Notes under the pieces: model-generated
Seen by the model: the letters and a program-made list of their open reading frames with translations, nothing else
Told to the model about the DNA's origin: nothing
Database searches by the model: none
Translations under genes and position numbers: made by a program
Part shown: positions 40,602-50,611 of the stretch, piece by piece
How the letters are laid out: every line of letters starts with the position of its first letter
How positions within the stretch are numbered: the stretch's first letter is position 1
Source: Deferribacterales bacterium
GTDB taxonomy: Bacteria; Chrysiogenota; Deferribacteres; Deferribacterales; Geovibrionaceae
Reading direction: 5' to 3'
DNA length: 64,000 bases
NCBI GenBank assembly: GCA_050251945.1
Contig: JBFWLW010000001.1
Coordinates: forward strand, 256,001-320,000

Positions 40602-41684
40602 ATGTTTAAACTGTTTATTATTGTAGCGCTTCTCGCTATGTCCGGGTATTCACAGGCTAATGATTTAAAGTTGATTGATGCCTGCGGCAGGGAAGTTGTA
40701 ATTCCTAAAAAGATTAAAAGAATTTCGGCTGTGGGACCGGGAAGTTCCGCTTTGACCGAATATGCCGGCTATTCAAAACAACTGGTAACTCAGGACATGT
40801 TACCCTCTATGGGAAAAGTGCATAAATACTGCGCATGTATCTATCCTGAAGGGTATGATAAAATGCCTGCTGTTTTCAAATCATTCTACAGCTTTACTCC
40901 CGATTATGCCGCTATAAATTCGGCTATCCCTGACATAGTGCTTGTTTCGGGTATGAATGACAGACAGGTTGAAAGACTGACACAGTCAGTTCAGGCGCCT
41001 GTTGCCGCTTTGAACTGTTCGGAAACAGGTTATCTGCATTTTGAATCCATCCTCCAATCCATAAGGCTTACAGGGTATATCCTTAATGACCAGAAGAACA
41101 TGCAGGATATCATGAACTTCACGGCCAAGACCAGAAAGGAACTGATTGAACGCACGAAGGACGCTCCCAAGAAGAAGCTGTTCATCATTTCACAGCAGTA
41201 TAAGCCCTCAAAAGCAAGCTATACCGTTGAAAAATGCTACACATATCTGAGGATGCTGAATCTCGGCAGTGTCGGTTCCGACCTGCGAATTACTACGCCA
41301 TATTCAGAGATCACGTTCAACGAGCTGGTCGCAGCTAAACCTGATTTCATCTTTGTCGAGTATACCATGCTGGACAGGCTGAAACAGGACTATGCGGCGA
41401 ATAAGGCGCTGTTGCGCAACTTGCCTGCCATAAAAAACAACAAAGTTTTTACCATACTGCCTTATAACCGATACGCGGCTCATTATGAGAATTTATTTAT
41501 AAATGCCGGCTATATAGGAAGTATAATATATCCTGACCTGTTTAAAGATACAAACATGCGGAATTTGGTTGATAATATTTCTGATGAGTTTACCGGAAAC
41601 GATATTTACGGAAGCATGTATGAAACATCGCCTGTTTTCAGGCAGATAACTTTTTCCGACAAGGGAATACTAATAGGAAAATAA
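40602..41684 (+). CDS. Fe-siderophore/cobalamin-type ABC substrate-binding protein
   Basis: Signal peptide, DACGREVVIPKKIKRI, KPDFIF, LPAIKNNKVF. Confidence 0.8.
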   Translation: MFKLFIIVALLAMSGYSQANDLKLIDACGREVVIPKKIKRISAVGPGSSALTEYAGYSKQLVTQDMLPSMGKVHKYCACIYPEGYDKMPAVFKSFYSFTPDYAAINSAIPDIVLVSGMNDRQVERLTQSVQAPVAALNCSETGYLHFESILQSIRLTGYILNDQKNMQDIMNFTAKTRKELIERTKDAPKKKLFIISQQYKPSKASYTVEKCYTYLRMLNLGSVGSDLRITTPYSEITFNELVAAKPDFIFVEYTMLDRLKQDYAANKALLRNLPAIKNNKVFTILPYNRYAAHYENLFINAGYIGSIIYPDLFKDTNMRNLVDNISDEFTGNDIYGSMYETSPVFRQITFSDKGILIGK

Positions 41685-41711
41685 ACCGCCGGACGTTTGT
41701 TATCCGGCGGT
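41685..41711. terminator. Hairpin between convergent genes
   Basis: accgccgga...tccggcggt. Confidence 0.6.
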
Positions 41712-41720
41712 ATATCTTTA

Positions 41721-42998
41721 TCAGTTCATTGGAAATTCAAAAACCACTCTGCCGCTTTTTATGGTATAAAGCGCGGCTCCTTTCAGTTTTTTACCCATGT
41801 AAGGAGTGTTAACGGATTTTGATTTATTCAGTTTGTTATCAAATACATACTCAAGCTCGGCATCAACAATGGCAATATCCGCCAGTTTACCCGCTGCTAT
41901 CTCGCCTCTGTCGGTCTTTTTGATGAGTTTCGCAGGATTGTAGGAAGTCAGCCTCACGAAAGCAGGCATGTCTATCACGCCTTTTTCAACCAGAGCCAGA
42001 GAGAGCGGAAGCATTGTCTGTATGCCGATTATGCCGAACGGAGCAAGATCGAATTCCTGCGCCTTTTCATCGGGGTGGTGGGGCGCGTGGTCTGTTACAA
42101 TGCAGTCTATGTCGCCGTTTCTCAGCCCCTCTATCATAGCGTCAACATCTTCCTGCGCGCGTAGCGGAGGGTTCATCTTACAGTTGGTGTCGTATGTCAG
42201 CAGTTCTTTTTCCGTAAGGGTGAAGTGGTGGGGAGTAACTTCGCAAGTTACATTATAACCCATGGATTTTGCCCATTTAATGAGGTCGAGAGTGCCTTTG
42301 GAGCTGATGTGGCAAATGTGAACGTGAGCGCCTGTGAGTTTTGACATAAGGATGTCGCGGGCGACCATTACCTCTTCACACTCGGAAGGGATGCCCTTAA
42401 GTCCTGTGATGGCAGAAACCTCGCCTTCGTGTATAACTCCCGCTCCTGCAAGGCTTTTGTCTTCAGCATGGCTTATTACGAAAGAACCGAACTGGGAAGA
42501 GTATTCAGCGGCGCGACGGAAAACCTCCGCACTGCAAACGGGTTTGCCGTCGTCAGAAAAGCCGATTGCTCCGCCTTCTGTCATATCGCCCATTTCTGTA
42601 AGTTCTTCGCCTTCCATCCCTTTTGTCATCGCGCCTATGGGGAAGAGGTCGATGAGACCGTCAGCCTGCGCTTTCTTTATCATGTATTCAGTGATTATTC
42701 TGTTGTCGTTGACAGGCTTAGTGTTTGCCATAGGGCAGACAGCGGTGACGCCGCCGGCAACAGCCGCCTTGCCGCCTGATGTGATATCCTCTTTGTATTC
42801 AAGTCCGGGATCACGAAAATGGACGTGGAGGTCGATAAGTCCCGGAACGGCATATTTTCCTTTGCAGTCAATGATTTTATCAGCTTTTTCGTCAGCGGAT
42901 GCCGTTACGGATGCGATGAATTCGCCGTCTATCAGTATATTGCCCTCTGTGACCTTATCATGATTGACAATCTTGCAGTTTTTAAGAAGCGTTTTCAT
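41721..42998 (-). CDS. pyrC: Dihydroorotase
   Basis: [29 protein letters not shown]. Confidence 0.96.
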   Translation of the reverse strand: MKTLLKNCKIVNHDKVTEGNILIDGEFIASVTASADEKADKIIDCKGKYAVPGLIDLHVHFRDPGLEYKEDITSGGKAAVAGGVTAVCPMANTKPVNDNRIITEYMIKKAQADGLIDLFPIGAMTKGMEGEELTEMGDMTEGGAIGFSDDGKPVCSAEVFRRAAEYSSQFGSFVISHAEDKSLAGAGVIHEGEVSAITGLKGIPSECEEVMVARDILMSKLTGAHVHICHISSKGTLDLIKWAKSMGYNVTCEVTPHHFTLTEKELLTYDTNCKMNPPLRAQEDVDAMIEGLRNGDIDCIVTDHAPHHPDEKAQEFDLAPFGIIGIQTMLPLSLALVEKGVIDMPAFVRLTSYNPAKLIKKTDRGEIAAGKLADIAIVDAELEYVFDNKLNKSKSVNTPYMGKKLKGAALYTIKSGRVVFEFPMN

Positions 42999-43932
42999 CA
43001 ATTCCTCCCTTATTGTTTCCTATACCGAGAATATAAAGAGCCGCCATACGCACGGCGACACCGTTTGTAACCTGTTTAAGAACGCCTGACTGGTCGCTGT
43101 CGGCAACGTTGCTCATAAGTTCGACACCGCGGTTGATGGGGCCGGGGTGCATAACGAGAGCATCCGGTTTTGCAAGCGCCAGTTTATCTTTTGTCAGTCC
43201 GAAATATTTAGCATATTCTTTGGTGGAAGGTATAAGAAGCTTGCCCTGGCGCTCTCTCTGGATGCGGAGCATGATTATGACATCCGCGCCTTCGACAGCC
43301 TCGTTCATTGATTTGCAGACACGGCAGCCGAATACCTCTGAGTGTTTCGGGATCATGGTTGTGGGGCCGAAAAGGCGCACGTTAACGCCGAGTTTTGTCA
43401 TCGCCCATACGTCTGAGCGGGCAACGCGCGAGTGTGTGATATCGCCGATTATGGCCACCTCAAGCCCTTCCAGTCTGCCTTTGCTCTGTCTTATGGTGAG
43501 CATATCAAGAAGCGCCTGCGTCGGGTGTTCGTTGAGTCCGTCTCCGGCGTTAACGACCTTTGCGTCGGTATGTTCGGCAATGTATTTAACCGCACCGGAG
43601 TAGGAGTGGCGCACAACAAATATGTCTGATTTCATTGCTTCCATATTTTTTACAGTATCTATAAGGGTTTCGCCCTTTGTTGTACTGCTGGCGGAGGCAG
43701 TGAAATTTATAGTATCTGCGGAAAGCCTTTTTCCGGCTATCTCGAAAGAAGTTCTTGTTCTTGTGGATGCTTCAAAGAACAGGTTTATCACCGTTTTGCC
43801 TTTCAGAGTGGGTACTTTTTTTACGTCCCGCTCATTAATTTCGGTGAATTTCTGTGCTGTTTCCAGAAGATAAAGTATCTCATCTTTGGTCAAGTCCTTC
43901 ATCCCCAAAAGGTCTTTTCTTTTGTAAGCCAT
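42982..43932 (-). CDS. pyrB: Aspartate carbamoyltransferase catalytic subunit
   Basis: [28 protein letters not shown]. Confidence 0.98.
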   Translation of the reverse strand: MAYKRKDLLGMKDLTKDEILYLLETAQKFTEINERDVKKVPTLKGKTVINLFFEASTRTRTSFEIAGKRLSADTINFTASASSTTKGETLIDTVKNMEAMKSDIFVVRHSYSGAVKYIAEHTDAKVVNAGDGLNEHPTQALLDMLTIRQSKGRLEGLEVAIIGDITHSRVARSDVWAMTKLGVNVRLFGPTTMIPKHSEVFGCRVCKSMNEAVEGADVIIMLRIQRERQGKLLIPSTKEYAKYFGLTKDKLALAKPDALVMHPGPINRGVELMSNVADSDQSGVLKQVTNGVAVRMAALYILGIGNNKGGIDENAS

Positions 43933-43951
43933 TGTTTGACTCCTTTGTGTG

Positions 43952-44488
43952 CTAGGCTTTTTTATTTATTAATATACAATCACATCCGGCTTGTTCTTCA
44001 AGCATAACATCAACTATTTCACTGCGGGAGGTCGGCACTGTTTTGCCTGTGAAATCAGGCTGAATAGGCAGTTCCCTGTGTCCTCTGTCGATGAAAGCGG
44101 CAAGCAGGATTTTCTTCGGTCTTCCGTAGTCGATGAGCGCATCCAAAGCGGCTCTTGTGGTTCTTCCGGTATAGATGACATCGTCCACCAGCACGATATT
44201 TTTGCCTGTGATGTCAAAATCTATCTCCGTGCTTTGCAGAACAGGGTAGTCGTGGATGCTTGAAAGGTCGTCTCTGTAAAGGGTGATGTCCAGATATCCG
44301 ATTTTAATATCTTTTTTTCCCTCCTTTGCCAGAATATCCGCCATGCGTTTAGCAAGCACAGCACCGCCGCGTCTGATACCTATCAGACAAAAGCCGTCTT
44401 CGCTCCTGATGGCTTCCAGTATCTGAAACACCATCCGGTTCAGCGTTCGCGCCATCTCTTCCTTGTTCATTATCTCTTTTGCGGACAT
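43952..44488 (-). CDS. pyrR: PyrR family protein (uracil PRTase fold)
   Basis: [31 protein letters not shown]. Confidence 0.95.
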   Translation of the reverse strand: MSAKEIMNKEEMARTLNRMVFQILEAIRSEDGFCLIGIRRGGAVLAKRMADILAKEGKKDIKIGYLDITLYRDDLSSIHDYPVLQSTEIDFDITGKNIVLVDDVIYTGRTTRAALDALIDYGRPKKILLAAFIDRGHRELPIQPDFTGKTVPTSRSEIVDVMLEEQAGCDCILINKKA

Positions 44489-44508
44489 TTTTCAGCCTCC
44501 GTTTATTC

Positions 44509-44548
44509 AAAAAAAAAGCCTTTCAACCGCCCGTGGCGGCTAAAAGGC
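44509..44548 (-). terminator. Attenuator terminator in the pyrR leader
   Basis: RNA GCCUUUUAGCCGCC-ACG-GGCGGUUGAAAGGC followed by U9, 20 nt upstream of the pyrR start. Confidence 0.85.
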
Positions 44549-44558
44549 CTGATACTCA

Positions 44559-44597
44559 TCAAAAAGGGTTTAAAAAGTTAATTCGTTCTGTCATCAT
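44559..44597 (-). CDS. Putative pyr leader peptide MMTERINFLNPF
   Basis: SD-like gaaggtg, ATG ATG start, U runs, tandem TGA TGA 10 nt before the terminator. Confidence 0.5.
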   Translation of the reverse strand: MMTERINFLNPF

Positions 44598-44608
44598 TCA
44601 CCTTCGAG

Positions 44609-44638
44609 ATAATAGCCTCTGCCATTTTAACTTGTCAA
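44609..44638 (-). promoter_or_regulatory. Sigma70-type promoter of the pyr operon
   Basis: TTGACA-N18-TATTAT on the minus strand. Confidence 0.7.
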
Positions 44639-44707
44639 CGAATTTTCTTGAAAAAAATCTGTTGATTCTATAAACTATTCAATAAATAAAGATTTTGAGA
44701 GGACACT

Positions 44708-45103
44708 ATGAAATTACATAAAATACTTATTGTCGTCGTTGCCGCTTTTGTCATGTATAGCTGTATTCCCGCACCCCTTATTTTTGGAGGGGCAGCAGGT
44801 GGAGCAGTATACACAACAACAAACGACACGATCACCGACGTCTTCACTATGCCCAAAGAGCGTGCTTTTGAAGCTCTCATAGGCATACTGAACGAAGAGA
44901 ACGCGCAGATAACCCTCTCAAGCATTGCTGATGGTAAAATCGAAGCCCGTACAAGCACTTCCGTTATATATATAACAATTGTACCGTTTAACGCAGACAG
45001 CATAAAAATCACTTTCAGCGCTAAAAAACACGTTGAGCTTATCCCTGACAAAGATACAGCCGTCAGAATCTACAGACTGTTTATCAAGGAAACTATTAAA
45101 TGA
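44708..45103 (+). CDS. Lipoprotein (DUF3568-like)
   Basis: Lipobox-like MYSC followed by GGAAGGAVY. Confidence 0.7.
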   Translation: MKLHKILIVVVAAFVMYSCIPAPLIFGGAAGGAVYTTTNDTITDVFTMPKERAFEALIGILNEENAQITLSSIADGKIEARTSTSVIYITIVPFNADSIKITFSAKKHVELIPDKDTAVRIYRLFIKETIK

Positions 45104-45549
45104 TAAGAAAAGCTGTTATGTCGGATGCAAAAAACATCCAGACACTTGTTAATACTCATGCCAAAGAGGGACTTATGCTCCCGGTCGGCATAAACGAGAT
45201 ATACGAAAAAATACTTGAATTCGTCGTTTGGGACGAAGGCGGAGAAATCCTCGGCTGTTGCGCGATGCACCCCACATGGGAAAATCTCGCCGAGATACGT
45301 TCCGTTGCCGTAAGTAAATACAGCATAAAAAAAGGTATAGGTACTGCTGTTGTTGAAAGCGCCATGCAGATGGCAAGAGACGTCGGCATAACAGATGCTT
45401 TTCTCCTTACGTATCAGCCAGTTTTCTTCGGTAAACTGGGTTTTGTCGAGATAGAAAAAGAAAATCTTCCCAAAAAGATATGGTCTGATTGCCTGAAATG
45501 TGCTAAGTTTCCCGACTGCGACGAAATTGCCATGAAACGGAAATTATGA
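45100..45549 (+). CDS. GNAT N-acetyltransferase (short ArgA-like)
   Basis: WENLAEIRSVAV, GIGT, LPKKIWSDCLKCAKFPDCDE. Confidence 0.88.
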   Translation: MIRKAVMSDAKNIQTLVNTHAKEGLMLPVGINEIYEKILEFVVWDEGGEILGCCAMHPTWENLAEIRSVAVSKYSIKKGIGTAVVESAMQMARDVGITDAFLLTYQPVFFGKLGFVEIEKENLPKKIWSDCLKCAKFPDCDEIAMKRKL

Positions 45550-46859
45550 ACTATGATATAAAGCGTATTCTGGAGCGCCACAGCGGATTTTATGACAACG
45601 TTACCGTGACGGTTTCAGAATCTGTTTCAAAATCTGTCCTGCTGAACGAAAAGATCGTTGAAAGCATTGATATAGGCTCGGAAACGGGTGTTATTATACG
45701 TGCATTCAAAGACGGCAGGATAGTTTCAATGTGTTCGGACGGTTTAAACCCCGACGCTATCGAAAGTTTTCTTACAGAACATCAAAATGTTATAATGGCA
45801 CTGCCGGAAGACGTTCACAATGTTCCGTTTAAACCGGAATACTCGGAAGACTTTATCCAGAATGACGGTGAATTTGAATCGCTCACCACGGTTCGTATGG
45901 CTGAAATGGCGCTTGAAGCCGTTGAAACGGCAAGAGCCACCGATATAAGGGTCAAATCTGTGAATCAGTCGGGTATCACGGCTGCAAAAAATTATACCAG
46001 AATAATAAGCCCGTTCTGCAGCGACCTTTACTCTGAAAAAATACACTATTCTTCATACACATACGTTGTTGCATCCCATAAAGGCGAACAGGAGGGATAC
46101 AGCATGGCGGACAGCACCGCGCTGAGGTCTCTTGAACATGTCAGGGCGGCAGAAGATGCTGCGAATTCTGCATGTACGCTGCTGGGAGCAAAAAAACTTA
46201 AAACAGGAAAATACGGCGTTCTTTTAAATCCCGGCGTTATGGCGGATTTTCTCGATATAATTGTTGAGCTGGTGAACGCAGATAATGTTTATAAAAAAAT
46301 AAGCATGCTCGGAAACAGACTTGGCAAATCAGCGGCATCGGAAGTTTTTTCTCTGTTCGATGATCCGAAAGTCAGAGGCGGTGTCGGTACGAGAAACTTT
46401 GACGACGAAGGACACCATACGGGACTTACCCCTATATTTGCCAACGGAATACTGGATTCTTTCCTGCATAACAGCTACACGGCATCCGCCCTTGGGATGC
46501 GCAACACAGGAAACGCGCAGTCCGGCAACGGCGGAAGCATGGGGATCGGAGTATCCAACCTTATTTTAAAAGCAAGTACCGATAAAATGCCTTATGATTT
46601 TATAAACGAATATGTTAAAGTCACAGACGTGATGGGTATGCATACTGCAGACACTGTCAGCGGTGATTTTTCAGTAGGTATATCCGGCGTGCTTATTCGC
46701 GGTCGGGAGGTTGTGCATCCTTTCCGTGAAGCTGTGCTTTCAGGCAATCTGAAAGACCTGCTGAAAGGCATGGTTGCCGTTTTTGAAGATTACAGAACTT
46801 ATGCGGGGGTGACATCCGCCTCTGCACTTTTTGATAAAATGACTGTCAGCGGAGAATAA
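45546..46859 (+). CDS. TldD/PmbA family protein (PmbA/TldE type)
   Basis: FDDEG, TGNA, SGDFSVG. Confidence 0.88.
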   Translation: MNYDIKRILERHSGFYDNVTVTVSESVSKSVLLNEKIVESIDIGSETGVIIRAFKDGRIVSMCSDGLNPDAIESFLTEHQNVIMALPEDVHNVPFKPEYSEDFIQNDGEFESLTTVRMAEMALEAVETARATDIRVKSVNQSGITAAKNYTRIISPFCSDLYSEKIHYSSYTYVVASHKGEQEGYSMADSTALRSLEHVRAAEDAANSACTLLGAKKLKTGKYGVLLNPGVMADFLDIIVELVNADNVYKKISMLGNRLGKSAASEVFSLFDDPKVRGGVGTRNFDDEGHHTGLTPIFANGILDSFLHNSYTASALGMRNTGNAQSGNGGSMGIGVSNLILKASTDKMPYDFINEYVKVTDVMGMHTADTVSGDFSVGISGVLIRGREVVHPFREAVLSGNLKDLLKGMVAVFEDYRTYAGVTSASALFDKMTVSGE

Positions 46860-46865
46860 TTTTTT

Positions 46866-47981
46866 ATGATGATCGACGAAATAATCAGCGAAGCGGAGAA
46901 ACTTAACAAAGAGGTGGCGAGCTTTGCTACTGCGATGAATGAGGACGAACTCAGGAAAAAGATCGCAAAAATAGATGAAATGTCCATGAACGATCCGGAG
47001 TTCTGGAACAAAAAAGAGTCCAAACTGGTTCTGAAAGAACAGTCCACTCTTAAGAAAAAGCTTGAATCGTGGGAAGAGCTTCTGACACTTCGTGATGATA
47101 CGGAGGTTCTTCTTGAACTTATAAAAGAGGGTGAAGAAGGGCTTGACGGCGATATTGAAGTTGCTATCAAATCGTTCTCCAAAAAAGTCCGTGAATTCGA
47201 GCTTCAGCTTGTTCTCAGCGGCCCTAACGACGCGAACAACGCCATCATCACAATCAACTCCGGCGCGGGCGGAACGGAAGCCAGCGACTGGGCGTCCATG
47301 CTCTACAGGATGTACATCCGATTCGCAGAGATAAGAGGCTTTAAATACGAAATACTTGATTATATGGAAGGTGACGAGGCGGGTATCAAGAACGCCACGA
47401 TAAACATCAAAGGTTCTTTCTGCTATGGATATCTCAAAGGCGAGGTCGGTGTTCACAGGCTTGTTCGCATATCTCCTTTCGATTCCGCAAACAGAAGGCA
47501 CACGTCCTTTGCGGCTGTTTTCGTTATGCCTGAGATTGAGGACGACATTGAGGTCGAGATAAACGAAGGGGATCTCCAGATTGATACATACAGAGCAGGC
47601 GGCGCAGGCGGTCAGCACATTAACACCACCGATTCGGCAGTTCGCATCACGCACATGCCCACAGGCATAGTTGTTACCTGTCAGTCCGAACGGAGCCAGC
47701 ACAAAAACAAGGCACACGCCATGAAGATCCTTAAATCAAGAATATACGAACACGAACTTGAGAAAAAGAACGAAGAGAAGCAGAAACTGGAAAGCACCAA
47801 AACCGATATCGGCTGGGGCAACCAGATAAGATCATATGTTATGCACCCTTACAAAATGGTGAAAGACCTGCGCACCCGCCACGAAACAGGCAATGTGGAC
47901 TCTGTGATGGACGGAAACCTCGATGCTTTCATCCGTGCGTATCTGCTGCACAACGCAGGAATAGAGTATGACAAAGACTAA
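46866..47981 (+). CDS. prfB: Peptide chain release factor 2 (uninterrupted ORF)
   Basis: SPF and GGQ motifs, WGNQIRSY. Confidence 0.97.
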   Translation: MMIDEIISEAEKLNKEVASFATAMNEDELRKKIAKIDEMSMNDPEFWNKKESKLVLKEQSTLKKKLESWEELLTLRDDTEVLLELIKEGEEGLDGDIEVAIKSFSKKVREFELQLVLSGPNDANNAIITINSGAGGTEASDWASMLYRMYIRFAEIRGFKYEILDYMEGDEAGIKNATINIKGSFCYGYLKGEVGVHRLVRISPFDSANRRHTSFAAVFVMPEIEDDIEVEINEGDLQIDTYRAGGAGGQHINTTDSAVRITHMPTGIVVTCQSERSQHKNKAHAMKILKSRIYEHELEKKNEEKQKLESTKTDIGWGNQIRSYVMHPYKMVKDLRTRHETGNVDSVMDGNLDAFIRAYLLHNAGIEYDKD

Positions 47982-49056
47982 GATCAAATCCCTGAGACCG
48001 ACATACGCCGAAATTGACCTTCAGGCGTTCGGTCATAACATTGAACAGGCGAGGGCGAAAGCAGGCACCGACATCATCGCCATCGTGAAAGCGGACGGAT
48101 ACGGACATGGAGCAATGAAACTCGCCGCATACGCCTATGAAAAACATAAGGTCAAAAAATTCGGCGTGGCTACTATCCTTGAAGGCATGATACTGCGCGA
48201 ATACCTCGGCAGCGAACCGATGATATTCATCCTCGGCTACGTTGACGGCGATTTCTTCGACGACGTGCTTGAATACAACCTCGTACTTAACATGGTCGAT
48301 GAAAAATTTGCATCCGCCTTCAATAATTTTCTTGGAAAAATGAACCGAACGGCATATGTGTCTGTCAAGATTGACACTGGCATGAACAGACTCGGGTTTT
48401 CACCCGAAATGCCTTTCACTGATTTTGTTTCGAGGTATGAGAATCTCCGGCCTGTCCATGTGATGAGCCACCTTTCCTCATCCGACAGCGACGCGGAATA
48501 TACCGAAGAACAGATAAAGATATTTGAAAAATATATTGTTGATAATGGTATAACATGCAATACGAGCCTTTTTAACTCGTCCGGTGTTTCCGCTTTTAAC
48601 AATAAATTTTCACTCGCCAGACCGGGACTGATGCTTTACGGCTACCTTTACGGCGAAAACAATGTTACACTCAGAAAAGTTATGAGCATCTATTCAAAAG
48701 TTGTTCATGTTAAACAGATAAAGAAAGGCGAAGCGGTCAGCTATAACAGGCGGTTCTTCGCTGAAAAAGATATGACATACGGTGTTGTGCCTATAGGTTA
48801 TGCCGACGGTTACCAGCGCTGTTTCTCCAATGTCAGCCACATGCTTGTGAACGGAGTAAAATGTCCGGTTATAGGTAGTGTGTGCATGGACATGACCATG
48901 ATAGATCTTTCAGACGTTGATATAAACAGCGAAATGAGGGTTGAAATCATGGGCGAAAACATTACGGCAGACATGTGGGCAGGGTGGGCAAACACTATCT
49001 CATATGAGATGCTGTGCGGTATTTCTGATAGAATACCAAGAATTTATCTAGGCTAA
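47968..49056 (+). CDS. alr: Alanine racemase
   Basis: VKADGYGHG, DTGMNRLG, GYADG, VCMD. Confidence 0.97.
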   Translation: MTKTKIKSLRPTYAEIDLQAFGHNIEQARAKAGTDIIAIVKADGYGHGAMKLAAYAYEKHKVKKFGVATILEGMILREYLGSEPMIFILGYVDGDFFDDVLEYNLVLNMVDEKFASAFNNFLGKMNRTAYVSVKIDTGMNRLGFSPEMPFTDFVSRYENLRPVHVMSHLSSSDSDAEYTEEQIKIFEKYIVDNGITCNTSLFNSSGVSAFNNKFSLARPGLMLYGYLYGENNVTLRKVMSIYSKVVHVKQIKKGEAVSYNRRFFAEKDMTYGVVPIGYADGYQRCFSNVSHMLVNGVKCPVIGSVCMDMTMIDLSDVDINSEMRVEIMGENITADMWAGWANTISYEMLCGISDRIPRIYLG

Positions 49057-49064
49057 AGGGGTTT

Positions 49065-49835
49065 ATGGAAAGAGTATTAAGTTTTTTCGGAAGACCGCTT
49101 GTAAGTTTCGTTGAAGTAGCAGGGCATATGGCTCTTTTATTTTATTCGACAATTAAACTGATGTTTAAAAAGCCGTTCCGTACAAAACTTCTTTTAAAGC
49201 AGATTGAGTTCATCGGCGCTAACTCTCTGTCGGTAATAATACTGACAGGAAGTTTCACCGGCATGGTATTTGCGTTTCAAAGTTATATCGGCTTTCATAA
49301 ATTCGGAGCCGATCAGCTTGTGGGAACCGTAGTTGCCCTTGCGATGGCAAGAGAGCTGGGTCCGGTGCTTTCGGCAATAATGGTTGCCGCACGCGCAGGT
49401 TCCGCCATAACAGCGGAAATAGGCACAATGAAGGTTACTGAACAGGTGGATGCACTGAACGCAATGGCTGTTGACCCCGTTCATTATCTTTTCGTACCGC
49501 GAATCCTCGCCGGACTTATCGTTATGCCAATGCTGAACGCTATCACAGTGCTTTGCGGGGTTGTTGGCGGATATCTGGTCAGTATAAACGTTCTCGGCAT
49601 CAACAAGACCCTTTATCTCGATTACATGTATACTTACATAGAGTTTGACGACTTTGCCAACGGTATGATGAAATCTCTGGTTTTTGGCGGAATAGTGACA
49701 CTTGTGGGCTGTTACAAAGGATTTATGACACGCGGCGGCGCAGAAGGTGTCGGACGGGCCACAACAGAATCGGTCGTTATGGCTTGTGTGCTGATTCTTA
49801 TTTTCGACTATATACTTACGGCATTTATGTTCTAA
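49065..49835 (+). CDS. mlaE: MlaE family ABC permease
   Basis: RELGPVL, AEIGTMKVTEQVDAL, GAEGVGRATT. Confidence 0.95.
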   Translation: MERVLSFFGRPLVSFVEVAGHMALLFYSTIKLMFKKPFRTKLLLKQIEFIGANSLSVIILTGSFTGMVFAFQSYIGFHKFGADQLVGTVVALAMARELGPVLSAIMVAARAGSAITAEIGTMKVTEQVDALNAMAVDPVHYLFVPRILAGLIVMPMLNAITVLCGVVGGYLVSINVLGINKTLYLDYMYTYIEFDDFANGMMKSLVFGGIVTLVGCYKGFMTRGGAEGVGRATTESVVMACVLILIFDYILTAFMF

Positions 49836-49843
49836 GGTGGCAA

Positions 49844-50599
49844 ATGGAATACGCGATAGAATGTTTAGATCTGCATAAAAGTTTCGGAATACATAAGATA
49901 CATAAGGGGATCAACCTTAAAATAGTTAAGGGTGCGATAACCTATATCATAGGACCTTCCGGAACCGGTAAATCTGTTCTTCTGAAACAGCTCTGCGGAC
50001 TTATGTCACCGACAACAGGCAAGGTGATTGTAAACGGTCAGGACATTACCGTTATGAAGCCGGAAGAGCTTGTGCAGATGCGCAAAAAATTCGGAATACT
50101 GTTCCAGAACGCCGCTCTTTTCGATTCCATGAACGTACATGAAAACGTAGCGTTTCCCCTTGTGGAACATACAAAATTTTCAAAAAGCGAGATTGACAGG
50201 ATAGTGAAAGAGAAGTTAAGGCTTGTGGGACTTCGGAATATAGAAGACAAGATGCCGTCGGAACTTTCGGGCGGTATGAGAAAAAGAGTGGGGCTGGCAA
50301 GGGCGATTGCTCTGGAGCCTGATATAATGCTCTATGACGAACCCACAACAGGTCTTGACCCCATCATGTGCGACGTGGTGGACAACCTGATAAACGATAC
50401 GCAGAAAGAGTTGGGGATAACGTCCATCGTAATCTCCCATGATATAGAGAGTACACTGAAAATTGCAGATTATATAGCAATGCTTTATGACGGAAAGGTT
50501 GTGCTTTACGGCACTTCCGAAGATTTTAAAACCACAGATAACCCTTATGTGAAGCAGTTCTTCTCAGCTTCAAAAGAGGGACCTATCAAAATCATGTAG
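49844..50599 (+). CDS. mlaF: MlaF family ABC ATPase
   Basis: GPSGTGKS, LSGGMRKRVGLARA, YDEPTTGLDP. Confidence 0.95.
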   Translation: MEYAIECLDLHKSFGIHKIHKGINLKIVKGAITYIIGPSGTGKSVLLKQLCGLMSPTTGKVIVNGQDITVMKPEELVQMRKKFGILFQNAALFDSMNVHENVAFPLVEHTKFSKSEIDRIVKEKLRLVGLRNIEDKMPSELSGGMRKRVGLARAIALEPDIMLYDEPTTGLDPIMCDVVDNLINDTQKELGITSIVISHDIESTLKIADYIAMLYDGKVVLYGTSEDFKTTDNPYVKQFFSASKEGPIKIM

Positions 50600-50611
50600 C
50601 GGAGTATTTTT

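Noticed and set aside
46740..47717. Long antisense ORFs opposite prfB, ntrX, cimA, glgP and others
   Set aside because: Antisense shadows of well-conserved genes with no recognisable motifs
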